In this document: positions 8,650 through 17,682 of the stretch, in pieces | How the letters are laid out: each line of letters opens with the position of its first letter | Numbering within the stretch: position 1 is the stretch's first letter | IMG/VR virus record: IMGVR_UViG_2648501392_000012 | Direction: 5' to 3' (one strand) | Origin: a virus | Lineage: Duplodnaviria > Heunggongvirae > Uroviricota > Caudoviricetes | DNA length: 24,753 nt | Notes under the pieces: generated by a model | Databases searched by the model: none | What the model was told of the DNA's origin: nothing | Seen by the model: only the letters and a program-made list of their open reading frames with translations | Position numbers and translations under genes: made by a program

Positions 8650-8677
8650 TGAAGGCTCCTTCGGGAGCTTTTTTGCT
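8650..8677 (+). terminator. Putative rho-independent terminator after the cspI / zinc-ribbon unit
   Basis: GGCTCC-TTCG-GGAGCT stem followed by TTTTTTG. Confidence 0.45.
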
Positions 8678-8718
8678 TGGTGTCTATTCGATGGATACTC
8701 ACATACTACGGTAACATC

Positions 8719-8949
8719 ATGAAAAAAATCATAGTTTTTTTTAACTCTGAACCAGCAGTGGTAGTGCCAGCGATGACTGGAGTTAACACCATCATGCGTG
8801 AATATCCAAATGGCGAAAAAACACACCTTACTGTAATGGCCGCAGGGTTTCCATCTCTGACCGGAGATCATAAAGTCATTTATGTAGCCGCGGATCGACA
8901 TGTTACTTCAGAAGAAATTCTGGAAGCAGCAATAAGGCTCTTGAGTTGA
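8719..8949 (+). CDS. Hypothetical 76-aa protein
   Basis: ORF MKKIIVFFNSEPAVVVPAMTGVNTIMREYPNGEKTHLTVMAAGFPSLTGDHKVIYVAADRHVTSEEILEAAIRLLS; weak ribosome-binding site; no recognised family. Confidence 0.35.
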   Translation: MKKIIVFFNSEPAVVVPAMTGVNTIMREYPNGEKTHLTVMAAGFPSLTGDHKVIYVAADRHVTSEEILEAAIRLLS

Positions 8950-9120
8950 TTTGATGCTATTGCATTGATAATTCAGGAAAATTCTCTTTGTCTGTTTGTG
9001 TAAAATTTAGACTATCGTATGTTGATTATTGCGATGTTTCATCTTATCTTTTACACGTTTGCACCATATAATCGACTTACTGTGTAACTGGAAAGTCATA
9101 ACAGACTAAAAGAGGAAATG

Positions 9121-9293
9121 ATGAATATTGAAGACTTAAAAACAAAAGCAGAAGCAGATATTTCTGAATATATAACAAAAAAATTATTGAACTTAAGAAA
9201 AAGACCGGGAAAGAAGTTACCAGTATTCAGTTTACCGCACGGGAAAAAATGACGGGTCTTGAAAGCTATGATGTCAAGATTAATTTAATCTGA
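9121..9293 (+). pseudogene. gnsB: gnsB/gnsA-like gene split by an apparent 1-nt frameshift
   Basis: Frame 1: MNIEDLKTKAEADISEYITKKLLNLRKRPGKK... stops at 9250..9252; a second frame continues ...KEVTSIQFTAREKMTGLESYDVKINLI* to 9293, matching the Gns C-terminus (FTAREKMTGLESYDVKI); the shift falls in an A-rich run near 9200..9215. Confidence 0.5.
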
Positions 9294-9444
9294 TGTATTC
9301 AATAATAAAATTTATCCATAAACCTCGTTTTTACGGGGTTTTGTTATATTTGAATGGTTCCGAATATCTAAATCACAATTGTTGATGGTTTTTATTAAAC
9401 CAATGCAGTCCGGCTCAGGAGTGAGAGAAGCCGGACGTTATGGT

Positions 9445-9891
9445 TTAGCGTGGTAAGATCTGTGTAGTTTTCTGGATGCTTTCAGTAATTTTCTGGATGC
9501 TTTCAGTAAATAGTAATGAGTTATCAAAGGCATAGTAATATCTTTGGTGTTCCTGGATATTTGTAACCCATCGGAAAACTCCTGCTTTAGCAAGATTTTC
9601 CCTGTATTGTTGAAATGTGATTTCTTTTGATTTCAACTTATTATAGGAGGTCTCTATAAGATGTTTGTTTCTGGAGAATTTAACATTTACAACCTTTTTG
9701 AGTCCTTTTACTAACACTATGTTGTCGTTTTCTAACACAATGTGAATATTATCTGTGGCTAAATAGTAAATATAAAGTGAGACATTGTGACGTTTTAGCT
9801 CAGAATAAAATAATTCACAGTTTAAATCTTTACGCACTTGATCGAATATTTCTTTAAAAATGGCAGCCTGAGCCATTGGTAAACCTTCCAT
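9445..9891 (-). CDS. ydfO: YdfO-like DUF1398 protein (148 aa) with an internal 7-codon tandem duplication near the C-terminus
   Basis: Protein ...[44 protein letters not shown]; assigned from recalled YdfO sequence and Qin gene order. Confidence 0.7.
   Translation of the reverse strand: MEGLPMAQAAIFKEIFDQVRKDLNCELFYSELKRHNVSLYIYYLATDNIHIVLENDNIVLVKGLKKVVNVKFSRNKHLIETSYNKLKSKEITFQQYRENLAKAGVFRWVTNIQEHQRYYYAFDNSLLFTESIQKITESIQKTTQILPR
9468..9509. repeat. Perfect 21-bp tandem duplication (TTTTCTGGATGCTTTCAGTAA x2) inside the ydfO-like gene
   Basis: Counted directly: 9468..9488 is identical to 9489..9509; in-frame, giving [14 protein letters not shown]. Confidence 0.9.
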
Positions 9892-10176
9892 GTGATACGA
9901 TGGCGCGTAGTTAGCATTATCGTGTTTATTGTTTCAATCTGGTCTGACCTCTTTGTGTTTTGTTGATGATTTATGTCAAATATTAAGCCTGTTTTTAATG
10001 AATAGTGTTGATTGCGTAACAAAATTGAGCCTTGCTGGCATCCAGGAGGGATATGCAACCGACAGATGTATGTAAGGTCGATGTACTCAAACTTTCATAC
10101 TTTTCCTCTTTTATGCAGTAAGATTTGAAGTAATATTTTAACCGCTAGATGACGAGCAAACGCATGGAGCGACAAA

Positions 10177-10383
10177 ATGAATAAAGAACAATCTGCTGAT
10201 GAACTCTCGTTGGATCTGATTCGTGTAAAAAATATGCTTAATAGCACCATTTCTATGAGTTACCCGGATGTTGTAATTGCATGTATAGAACATCAGGTGT
10301 CTCTGGAAGCATTCAGGGCAATTGAGGCAGCGTTGGTGAAGCACGATAAGAATTCGAAGGATTATTCCCTGGTGGTTGACTGA
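10177..10383 (+). CDS. Hypothetical 68-aa protein
   Basis: [71 protein letters not shown] with GGAG 7 nt upstream of ATG. Confidence 0.5.
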   Translation: MNKEQSADELSLDLIRVKNMLNSTISMSYPDVVIACIEHQVSLEAFRAIEAALVKHDKNSKDYSLVVD

Positions 10384-10744
10384 GCACCATAACTGCTAAT
10401 CATTCAAACTATTTCACCTGTGACAGAGTCAATATCGCATTCTGTCACTGTCAGGCTAATACAGAGCTGCAATTCAACTACTGCAATGTCCTCGTAATTA
10501 GGTGAATTTACAATATCGTCCTGTTCGGATGCCGGTTGCATTGCTGAAGATGAGGCATTTATGGTTCGCATATTTTCCCCTCATGCTCGTCAGTCCTGTG
10601 CGTAGGAAGAAACAGGACACTCACACTAATTTGTGTGGGCATGCTGTGATGTCCTTCTGAATTATTCCTATGCCATTATGTAAAGCGCTGTATCAGATGC
10701 TCATCACGGCTGTCAGGCTGTCGGGTCCTCCCGGTGGGGGCCCC

Positions 10745-10900
10745 TGCCACGGGGCGGGAGCGTCGCGGAAAAAGGCTAGTTTTTGCATTTCCATGGCGGC
10801 GGCAGCATGTTTGGTAATTTATTGATAATTAAAAGTTATTTCTCTTTTTACCTGTACAATATTTTTTTCTCCCTGTCATTAGACCAGTTTGCAATTAATT
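10745..10900 (+). other. Putative cos packaging-site region (cosN-like GC-rich core plus T-rich TTTCTC elements) upstream of the small terminase gene
   Basis: GGGGCGGGAGCGTCGCGG at 10751..10768 resembles lambda cosN (GGGCGGCGACCTCGCGGG); downstream TTATTTCTCTTTTT and TTTTTTTCTCCCTGTC resemble cosB R elements; position matches lambda organisation. Confidence 0.3.
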
Positions 10901-10947
10901 GAAATATATAAATAAACATGATTTTCACCTGCCAGATGGAGTTGCTT

Positions 10948-11475
10948 ATGTCAAATGTGAGCGGGATCGGTGATGCTTATTACTGGAGTGTTTTTAAAAT
11001 CGCTGAGGCCTTTGGGCTTCACCGGGACACAGTAAAAAAACGGCTCCTCGCGGCCAACACTCCTGTGGCTGCGACTATCAGGGGGAACCCCGTTTACGCC
11101 CTGCAGCATGTCGGGCCAGCCCTGTTTAGTGTGAAGCATGAGGCAGCAGACTCTGTTCATGATCCATCCCGTATGGAGCCGAAAGAGAGAAAGGACTGGT
11201 ACCAATCTGAAAATGAAAGGATCAAGCTGGAAAAGGAGCAGCGAAAACTCATCCCCGTTGATGAAGTAGTCATCGTCTATTCGTCCATGAGAAAGGCTGT
11301 CGTCCAGGTTCTGGAGACAATTCCGGATGTTCTTGAACGCGATTGCGCCCTGACTCCTCAGGCCGTCGGCGTTGTGCAGCAGGCCATTGATGACCTGCGA
11401 TACACTCTTCAGGAAAAATCCTACGAGGCTTGTGCTGCTGAATTAATTCCTGATGAGGAAGGAGAGAGTCTCTAG
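10948..11475 (+). CDS. Terminase small subunit (Nu1-like DNA-packaging protein)
   Basis: About 175-aa acidic protein immediately upstream of the gpA-type large terminase; N-terminal HTH-like region (YWSVFKIAEAFGLHRDTVKKRL); GGAG 7 nt before ATG 10948. Confidence 0.65.
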   Translation: MSNVSGIGDAYYWSVFKIAEAFGLHRDTVKKRLLAANTPVAATIRGNPVYALQHVGPALFSVKHEAADSVHDPSRMEPKERKDWYQSENERIKLEKEQRKLIPVDEVVIVYSSMRKAVVQVLETIPDVLERDCALTPQAVGVVQQAIDDLRYTLQEKSYEACAAELIPDEEGESL

Positions 11476-11483
11476 GAGGAATA

Positions 11484-13583
11484 ATGGGTTTTTCATCAGC
11501 CCGAAATTTGGGAAGGGACATATCGGCAGGATTTTCCCCACCACGTCGCATGCCGATTTCGGAGGCTGTTAAAAAATTCATGCGTGTTCCCAAGGGGGCT
11601 GGTAACTCGGTGCCATGGGATCCTGAACTGACACCCTACATCATTGAGCCCATGAACTGCCTGGCATCGCGTGAATACGATGCGGTGATTTTTGTTGGTC
11701 CTGCGCGAACAGGGAAGACCATTGGTCTGATCGATGGATGGATTGTCTATACCATCGTTTGCGATCCTTCGGACATGCTCGTTGTGCAGATGACCGAAGA
11801 TAAGGCCCGCGAGCATTCTAAAAAGCGCCTCGACAGAACGTTCAGAAGCAGTGCGGCGGTAAAGAAAAGAATGAGTCCACGTCGTAACGACAATAATGTC
11901 CATGATAAGACGTTCAGGGATGGCTCGTTCCTTAAAATTGGTTGGCCCTCGGTCAACATTATGTCGTCGTCGGATTACCGGTTTGTCGCCTTAACCGATT
12001 ACGACCGTTTTCCGGAGAATATCGACAGCGAGGGTGATGGTTTCTCCCTGGCCTCAAAACGTACCACCACATTTATGTCCGCCGGGATGACTCTGGTGGA
12101 GAGCTCGCCGGGACGTGACATCTGCGACAGCAAATGGCGACGTAAGTCGCCTCATGAAGCGCCACCGACGACTGGTATTCTTTCCCTTTACAATCGTGGT
12201 GACCGCCGCCGCTGGTACTGGTCATGTCCGCACTGCGGTGAATATTTTCAGCCAGCCATGGATGCCATGACCGGCTACCGTAATGAACCGGATCCCTTTA
12301 AAGCCAGTGAGGCGGCGTATCTACTTTGCCCGCACTGCAGCGGCATTATCACTGCGGAGAAAAAGCGTGAGCTCAATAGTGCAGGAGTCTGGTTGCGTGA
12401 AGGTCAGGTCATTGATCGTAACGGCAACGTTTCCGGTGAACCGCGCCGCTCCCGTATCGCCAGTTTCTGGATGGAAGGGCCAGCTGCTGCGTATCAGACC
12501 TGGGCGCAACTGGTTTACAAATTACTGACTGCAGAACAGGAGTATGAAGCGACAGGAAGCGAAGAAACACTCAGGGCGGTTATCAACACCGACTGGGGAT
12601 TGCCTTATCTTCCTCGTGCCAGCATGGAGCAACGAAAAAGTGAACTGCTTGAGCAGCGGGCAGAGCCAGTTCCTTCCCGCAGTGTGCCGGATGGCGTTAA
12701 TTTCCTTGTGGCGACAGTGGATGTGCAGGCGGGACGTCATCGCCGTTTTGTGGTTCAGGTAACGGGCTATGGCAGTCGTGGCGAACGCTGGATTATTGAT
12801 CGTTACAACATCACGCAGTCATTGCGCAGTGACTGCGACGGGGAGAGCCAGCGAATTGATCCGGCCAGCTATCCGGAAGACTGGGATGTCCTGCTGACGG
12901 ATGTTTTTCATAAAAGCTGGCCGCTGGCCTCCGATCCTTCTCAACAAATGCGACTGATGGCAATGGCGGTGGACTCCGGCGGTGAAGACGGGGTCACTGA
13001 TAATGCCTATAAATTCTGGCGTCGTTGCCGTCGTGATGGCCTTGGTAAACGTATTTACCTGTTTAAGGGTGACAGCATCCGGCGCGCAAAACTGATCAGC
13101 CGTACATTCCCTGATAACACCGGACGAACGGGCCGCCGGGCGCAGGCCGCAGGTGATGTGCCGCTCTGGCTTCTTCAGACGGATGCCCTGAAAGACCGGG
13201 TGAATAACGCGTTATGGCGTGACTCGCCAGGTCCAGGCTATGTGCATTTCCCTGACTGGCTGGGGAGCTGGTTTTACGACGAACTGACGTATGAAGAGCG
13301 GAGCAGTGACGGGAAATGGAGTAAGCCGGGTCGCGGTGCCAACGAAGCTTTTGACCTGATGGTGTATGCCGAGGCTCTGGTCATTCTGCATGGATACGAA
13401 AAGATCCGCTGGCCGGATGCACCGGAATGGGCGAGCCGGGAGACCTGGCTGGAGTGTGTCCAGGACAGTACCGAACCGTCATCCTCACCGGAACCGGTAT
13501 CCACGCCTGTTAAAAAACAAAAACGGAAGAAAACAGTAACTGACGATGTTAACCCCTGGCTGACTTCCGGAGGATGGTTATGA
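11484..13583 (+). CDS. Terminase large subunit, lambda gpA family
   Basis: 699-aa ORF; Walker A motif VGPARTGKT; AGGAGG ribosome-binding site; CxxC...CxxC segment (CPHCGEYF...CPHCSG) as in gpA. Confidence 0.9.
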   Translation: MGFSSARNLGRDISAGFSPPRRMPISEAVKKFMRVPKGAGNSVPWDPELTPYIIEPMNCLASREYDAVIFVGPARTGKTIGLIDGWIVYTIVCDPSDMLVVQMTEDKAREHSKKRLDRTFRSSAAVKKRMSPRRNDNNVHDKTFRDGSFLKIGWPSVNIMSSSDYRFVALTDYDRFPENIDSEGDGFSLASKRTTTFMSAGMTLVESSPGRDICDSKWRRKSPHEAPPTTGILSLYNRGDRRRWYWSCPHCGEYFQPAMDAMTGYRNEPDPFKASEAAYLLCPHCSGIITAEKKRELNSAGVWLREGQVIDRNGNVSGEPRRSRIASFWMEGPAAAYQTWAQLVYKLLTAEQEYEATGSEETLRAVINTDWGLPYLPRASMEQRKSELLEQRAEPVPSRSVPDGVNFLVATVDVQAGRHRRFVVQVTGYGSRGERWIIDRYNITQSLRSDCDGESQRIDPASYPEDWDVLLTDVFHKSWPLASDPSQQMRLMAMAVDSGGEDGVTDNAYKFWRRCRRDGLGKRIYLFKGDSIRRAKLISRTFPDNTGRTGRRAQAAGDVPLWLLQTDALKDRVNNALWRDSPGPGYVHFPDWLGSWFYDELTYEERSSDGKWSKPGRGANEAFDLMVYAEALVILHGYEKIRWPDAPEWASRETWLECVQDSTEPSSSPEPVSTPVKKQKRKKTVTDDVNPWLTSGGWL

Positions 13584-13792
13584 ACCAGAATGATATCGAA
13601 GCCATGATTCAGCGTTATACGGAAGCTGAAATGGCGGTGCTGGACGGAAAATCCGTCACCTTTAATGGTCAGCAGATGACCATGGAAAACTTATCTGAGA
13701 TCCGGCAGGGACGGCAGGAGTGGGAGCGCCGCCTTGCGGCTCTGATTACACGACGACGGGGGCATCCCGGGTACCGGCTGGCGAGGTTCTGA
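13574..13792 (+). CDS. Head-tail joining protein, lambda gpW-like
   Basis: 72-aa ORF between terminase and portal; C-terminal ...RRRGHPGYRLARF parallels the lambda W C-terminus (...QRRRGPAGFYV). Confidence 0.7.
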   Translation: MVMNQNDIEAMIQRYTEAEMAVLDGKSVTFNGQQMTMENLSEIRQGRQEWERRLAALITRRRGHPGYRLARF

Positions 13793-15300
13793 TGGCAATT
13801 CTTGATGATGTGATTGGCGTTTTTTCACCAGGATGGAAAGCAGCAAGGCTGCGTTCCCGTGCGGTGATCCAGGCTTATGAGGCCGTAAAAACGACGCGGA
13901 CACACAAAGCCCGACGGGAGAACCGAACTGCCGACCAGTTAAGCCAGTACGGGGCCGTGTCGTTACGTGAGCAGGCCCGTTACCTTGATAACAACCACGA
14001 TCTGGTTATTGGTGTATTTGACAAGCTGGAAGAACGGGTGGTGGGGAAAAACGGGATTATTGTCGAGCCACATCCGGTATTACGCAATGGGGCCATTGCC
14101 CGTGACCTGGCTGCGGAGATTCGCACCCGATGGAGTGAATGGTCTGTCAGCCCGGAAGTCACCGGGCAGTTTACCCGTCCGATGCTGGAACGTCTGATGC
14201 TTCGTACCTGGCTGCGCGATGGTGAGGTGTTTGCCCAGATGGTTTCCGGGCGCATAAACAGCCTGGCGCCTTCTGCCGGTGTTCATTTCTGGCTGGAGGC
14301 GCTCGAGCCGGACTTTATTCCCATGACCAGTGATGAGAGCAACAGGCTGAATCAGGGCGTGTTTGTTGATGACTGGGGGCGTCCCGAAAAATATCTGGTG
14401 TATAAAAGCCGTCCCGTATCCGGACGGCAGATGGAAACCAAAGAAGTGGATGCAGAGCGAATGCTGCATCTTAAATTTGTTCGCCGTCTGCACCAGATGC
14501 GCGGGACGTCTTTGTTGTCCGGTGTGCTGATCCGCCTCAGTGCCCTGAAAGAATATGAAGATTCTGAGCTGACTGCAGCAAGGATCGCCGCTGCTCTGGG
14601 GATGTACATCCGGAAAGGCGACGGGCAGAGCTATGAACCGGATGGTAATGGCAGAAAGGAGAATGAACGTGAGCTTACCATTCAGCCGGGCATTATTTAC
14701 GACGATCTGAAACCCGGCGAAGAAATCGGAATGGTGAAGTCGGATCGCCCCAATCCTAACCTTGAAACTTTTCGTAATGGTCAGTTGCGTGCCGTGGCGG
14801 CGGGCAGTCGTCTGAGTTTTTCCAGTACAGCGCGCAACTATAACGGCACTTACAGCGCCCAGCGTCAGGAGCTGGTTGAATCCACTGATGGCTACCTGAT
14901 CCTGCAGGACTGGTTTATTGGTGCCGTCACCCGCCCGATGTATCGTGCATGGCTGAAACAGGCTGTGGCATCCGGTGTTATCAGGCTACCCCGCGATCTT
15001 GACCGTTCTTCACTGTATACCGCGGTGTATTCCGGACCAGTGATGCCGTGGATTGACCCTGTTAAGGAGGCTGAGGCCTGGAAAATCCAGATTCGTGGTG
15101 GAGCGGCGACAGAATCAGACTGGGTACGTGCTGGTGGTCGTAATCCGGATGATGTCAAACGTCGGCGCAAGGCCGAAATTGATGAAAACCGCAAGCTGGA
15201 TCTGGTATTTGATACCGATCCGGCCAGTGATAAAGGAGGCAGTAGTGCCGCAACGAAACGACAGGAGCCGCAGCACACCGACGACCAGTCCGAAGAATAA
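13792..15300 (+). CDS. Portal protein, lambda gpB family
   Basis: 502-aa ORF from ATG 13792, overlapping the gpW stop (TGATG); size and position match lambda portal. Confidence 0.85.
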   Translation: MAILDDVIGVFSPGWKAARLRSRAVIQAYEAVKTTRTHKARRENRTADQLSQYGAVSLREQARYLDNNHDLVIGVFDKLEERVVGKNGIIVEPHPVLRNGAIARDLAAEIRTRWSEWSVSPEVTGQFTRPMLERLMLRTWLRDGEVFAQMVSGRINSLAPSAGVHFWLEALEPDFIPMTSDESNRLNQGVFVDDWGRPEKYLVYKSRPVSGRQMETKEVDAERMLHLKFVRRLHQMRGTSLLSGVLIRLSALKEYEDSELTAARIAAALGMYIRKGDGQSYEPDGNGRKENERELTIQPGIIYDDLKPGEEIGMVKSDRPNPNLETFRNGQLRAVAAGSRLSFSSTARNYNGTYSAQRQELVESTDGYLILQDWFIGAVTRPMYRAWLKQAVASGVIRLPRDLDRSSLYTAVYSGPVMPWIDPVKEAEAWKIQIRGGAATESDWVRAGGRNPDDVKRRRKAEIDENRKLDLVFDTDPASDKGGSSAATKRQEPQHTDDQSEE

Positions 15301-15313
15301 TTCCTGGTTCAGG

Positions 15314-17272
15314 ATGCAGGCTGGTCACCAGAGTGACGCGGATATTTATATTTATGACGAGATTGGTTTCTGGGGTGTTACAGCGAAGCAGTTTATCAGT
15401 GATCTGAATGCACTGGGCGATATCACCCACATTAATCTCCATATTAATTCACCGGGTGGCGATGTCTTTGAAGGCATCGCCATTTTTAATGCGCTGAAAA
15501 CACATGGTGCGTCCATTACCGTTTATGTCGACGGTGTGGCGGCGTCAATGGCGTCGGTCATTGCGATGGTAGGAAACCCGGTCATTATGCCGGAAAACAC
15601 CTTCATGATGATTCATAAACCATTTGGCTTTACGGGCGGTGATGCGGAGGACATGCGCACCTATGCCGACCTGCTCGATAAAGTTGAGGCGGTTCTGTTA
15701 CCCGCTTATGCACAGAAAACCGGGAAAACCACCGATGAAATTGCTGCCATGCTGGCGGATGAGACCTGGATGTCCGGTGCCGAATGTCTGGCACAGGGAT
15801 TTGCTGATCAGGTGACACCAGCCGTTAAGGCAATGGCATGTATTCAGTCAAAACGTACAGAGGAATTTAAAAAGATGCCGGAATCCATTCGAAATATGAT
15901 TACTCCGCCACGCAACAGTGCTCCACGCGTACAGGATGATGGACCTGCAGCCTCCCGGACGCCAGTGCAGGCAGCAGCACCCGTGGTGGATGAAAACAGC
16001 ATCCGTGCGCAGGTCTTGGCAGAGCAAAAAGCGCGTGTAAACGGTATTAATGATCTGTTTGCCATGTTTGGCGGGCGTTATCAGTCGTTGCAGACTCAGT
16101 GTCTTGCCGATCCTGAATGTTCGCTGGAGCAGGCCCGCGAAAAGCTGTTGAACGAGATGGGGCGCGAGTCCACGCCATCCAATAAAAATACCCCGGCTCA
16201 TATTTATGCCGGTAACGGTAATTTTGTGGGGGACGGGATCCGCCAGGCGCTGATGGCGCGCGCCGGGTTTGAAAAAACTGAACGTGATAATGTCTACAAC
16301 GGGATGACCCTGCGTGAATATGCCCGTATGTCACTGACTGAACGTGGTATTGGTGTTTCCAGTTATAACCCGATGCAGATGGTCGGTGCGGCGTTCACAC
16401 ACAGTACGTCTGACTTCGGTAATATTCTGCTGGATGTTGCGAACAAAGCCATTCTGCAGGGCTGGGAAGATGCCCCTGAAACCTATGAACAGTGGACGCG
16501 GAAAGGTCAGTTGTCTGATTTTAAAATTGCCCATCGTGTGGGTATGGGGGGCTTCAGTGCTCTGCGTCAGGTGCGTGAAGGGGCAGAATATAAATACGTC
16601 ACCACCGGAGATAAACAGGCCACTATTGCACTGGCGACCTATGGCGAGCTGTTCAGTATCACCCGTCAGGCCATTATCAATGATGATCTGAATATGCTGA
16701 CCGATGTCCCGATGAAGCTGGGCCGTGCGGCGAAATCCACTATTGCCGATCTGATTTATGCCATTCTGACGTCTAACCCGAAAATCTCCACAGATAATGT
16801 AAGTCTGTTCGATAAAGCGAAACATGCAAACGTACTGGAGAGCGCGGCAATGGACGTGGCATCGCTGGATAAAGCCCGCCAGTTGATGCGCGTTCAGAAA
16901 GAGGGTGAGCGTCATCTGAATATTCGTCCTGCGTTCGTACTGGTACCGACGGCGATGGAGTCTGTTGCTAACCAGGTCATTCGCTCCTCAAGTGTCAAGG
17001 GGGCTGACATTAACGCCGGTATTATTAACCCGGTGAAAGATTTTGCGACCGTTATTGCAGAGCCTCGTCTTGATGATAACAGCCAGACCACCTTCTACCT
17101 GGCTGCGTCCAAAGGCTCCGATACGATTGAAGTGGCTTATCTCAACGGTGTGGATACGCCATATATTGATCAGATGGAGGGCTTCAGTGTGGATGGCGTG
17201 ACAACGAAAGTGCGTATTGACGCTGGTGTTGCGCCAGTTGATCACCGCGGCCTGGTGAAATGTACGGCGTAA
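15314..17272 (+). CDS. Tripartite capsid gene: ClpP/S49-type prohead protease, scaffold-like linker and HK97-fold major capsid protein in one ORF
   Basis: N-terminal ...IYIYDEIGFWGVTAKQFISDLNAL...INSPGGDVFEGIAIFNALK...VDGVAASMASVIAMVG (ClpP-like); central Ala/Gln-rich linker; C-terminal ~350 aa capsid-like; start placed at the in-frame ATG just after the portal stop. Confidence 0.8.
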   Translation: MQAGHQSDADIYIYDEIGFWGVTAKQFISDLNALGDITHINLHINSPGGDVFEGIAIFNALKTHGASITVYVDGVAASMASVIAMVGNPVIMPENTFMMIHKPFGFTGGDAEDMRTYADLLDKVEAVLLPAYAQKTGKTTDEIAAMLADETWMSGAECLAQGFADQVTPAVKAMACIQSKRTEEFKKMPESIRNMITPPRNSAPRVQDDGPAASRTPVQAAAPVVDENSIRAQVLAEQKARVNGINDLFAMFGGRYQSLQTQCLADPECSLEQAREKLLNEMGRESTPSNKNTPAHIYAGNGNFVGDGIRQALMARAGFEKTERDNVYNGMTLREYARMSLTERGIGVSSYNPMQMVGAAFTHSTSDFGNILLDVANKAILQGWEDAPETYEQWTRKGQLSDFKIAHRVGMGGFSALRQVREGAEYKYVTTGDKQATIALATYGELFSITRQAIINDDLNMLTDVPMKLGRAAKSTIADLIYAILTSNPKISTDNVSLFDKAKHANVLESAAMDVASLDKARQLMRVQKEGERHLNIRPAFVLVPTAMESVANQVIRSSSVKGADINAGIINPVKDFATVIAEPRLDDNSQTTFYLAASKGSDTIEVAYLNGVDTPYIDQMEGFSVDGVTTKVRIDAGVAPVDHRGLVKCTA

Positions 17273-17292
17273 ACGTCGCAGACAACAACTCT

Positions 17293-17317
17293 GATGGCCC
17301 GTAAGGGCTTTTTTTGT
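17293..17317 (+). terminator. Rho-independent terminator after the capsid gene
   Basis: GGCCC-GTAA-GGGCT followed by TTTTTTTG. Confidence 0.55.
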
Positions 17318-17358
17318 ACCTGAAATCAGCCCCTGAACGGGGCTGTGCGGAGACAGTT

Positions 17359-17682
17359 ATGGCAAAGAATTTTGTAGAAGAAGGAAAAACGGTGGCGATT
17401 GTTGCAAGTGCAGCCATCAGCAGCGGAGATCTGGTGCAGGTGGGTGATGTTTTTGCGGTGGCGCTGACCGATATTCCACAGGGAGAAACAGGCGACGGCA
17501 TAACCGAAGGTGTGTTTATGCTGCCTAAGCTGAAAACGGATGACATGAAAACGGGTAAGAAGGTTTATCTGAAGTCAGGAAAAGTTCAGCTGACTAACAG
17601 CGGCTCTGATCCGCTGGTCGGGGTTGTCTGGGCAGATGCCGGAACCAGTGCAGAAGAAGTGCCGGTAAAACTCAATGTCTGA
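17359..17682 (+). CDS. Small head-associated protein (DUF2190-like, 107 aa)
   Basis: ORF MAKNFVEEGKTVAIVASAAISSGDLVQVGDVFAVALTDIPQGETGDG... with GGAG 6 nt upstream; sits between the capsid gene and the head-tail connectors. Confidence 0.55.
   Translation: MAKNFVEEGKTVAIVASAAISSGDLVQVGDVFAVALTDIPQGETGDGITEGVFMLPKLKTDDMKTGKKVYLKSGKVQLTNSGSDPLVGVVWADAGTSAEEVPVKLNV

Noticed and set aside
9468-9509. Possible CRISPR or other repeat array
   Set aside because: Only two repeat units, no spacers, in-frame within a coding gene; no CRISPR-like arrays anywhere in the window.
16331-16915. 194-aa minus-strand ORF inside the capsid gene; similar long antisense ORFs at 11496..11903, 14080..14493, 22375..22860 and 23904..24638
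   Set aside because: They lie antisense within well-supported, GC-rich structural genes and have no ribosome-binding site or recognisable motifs; typical shadow ORFs.
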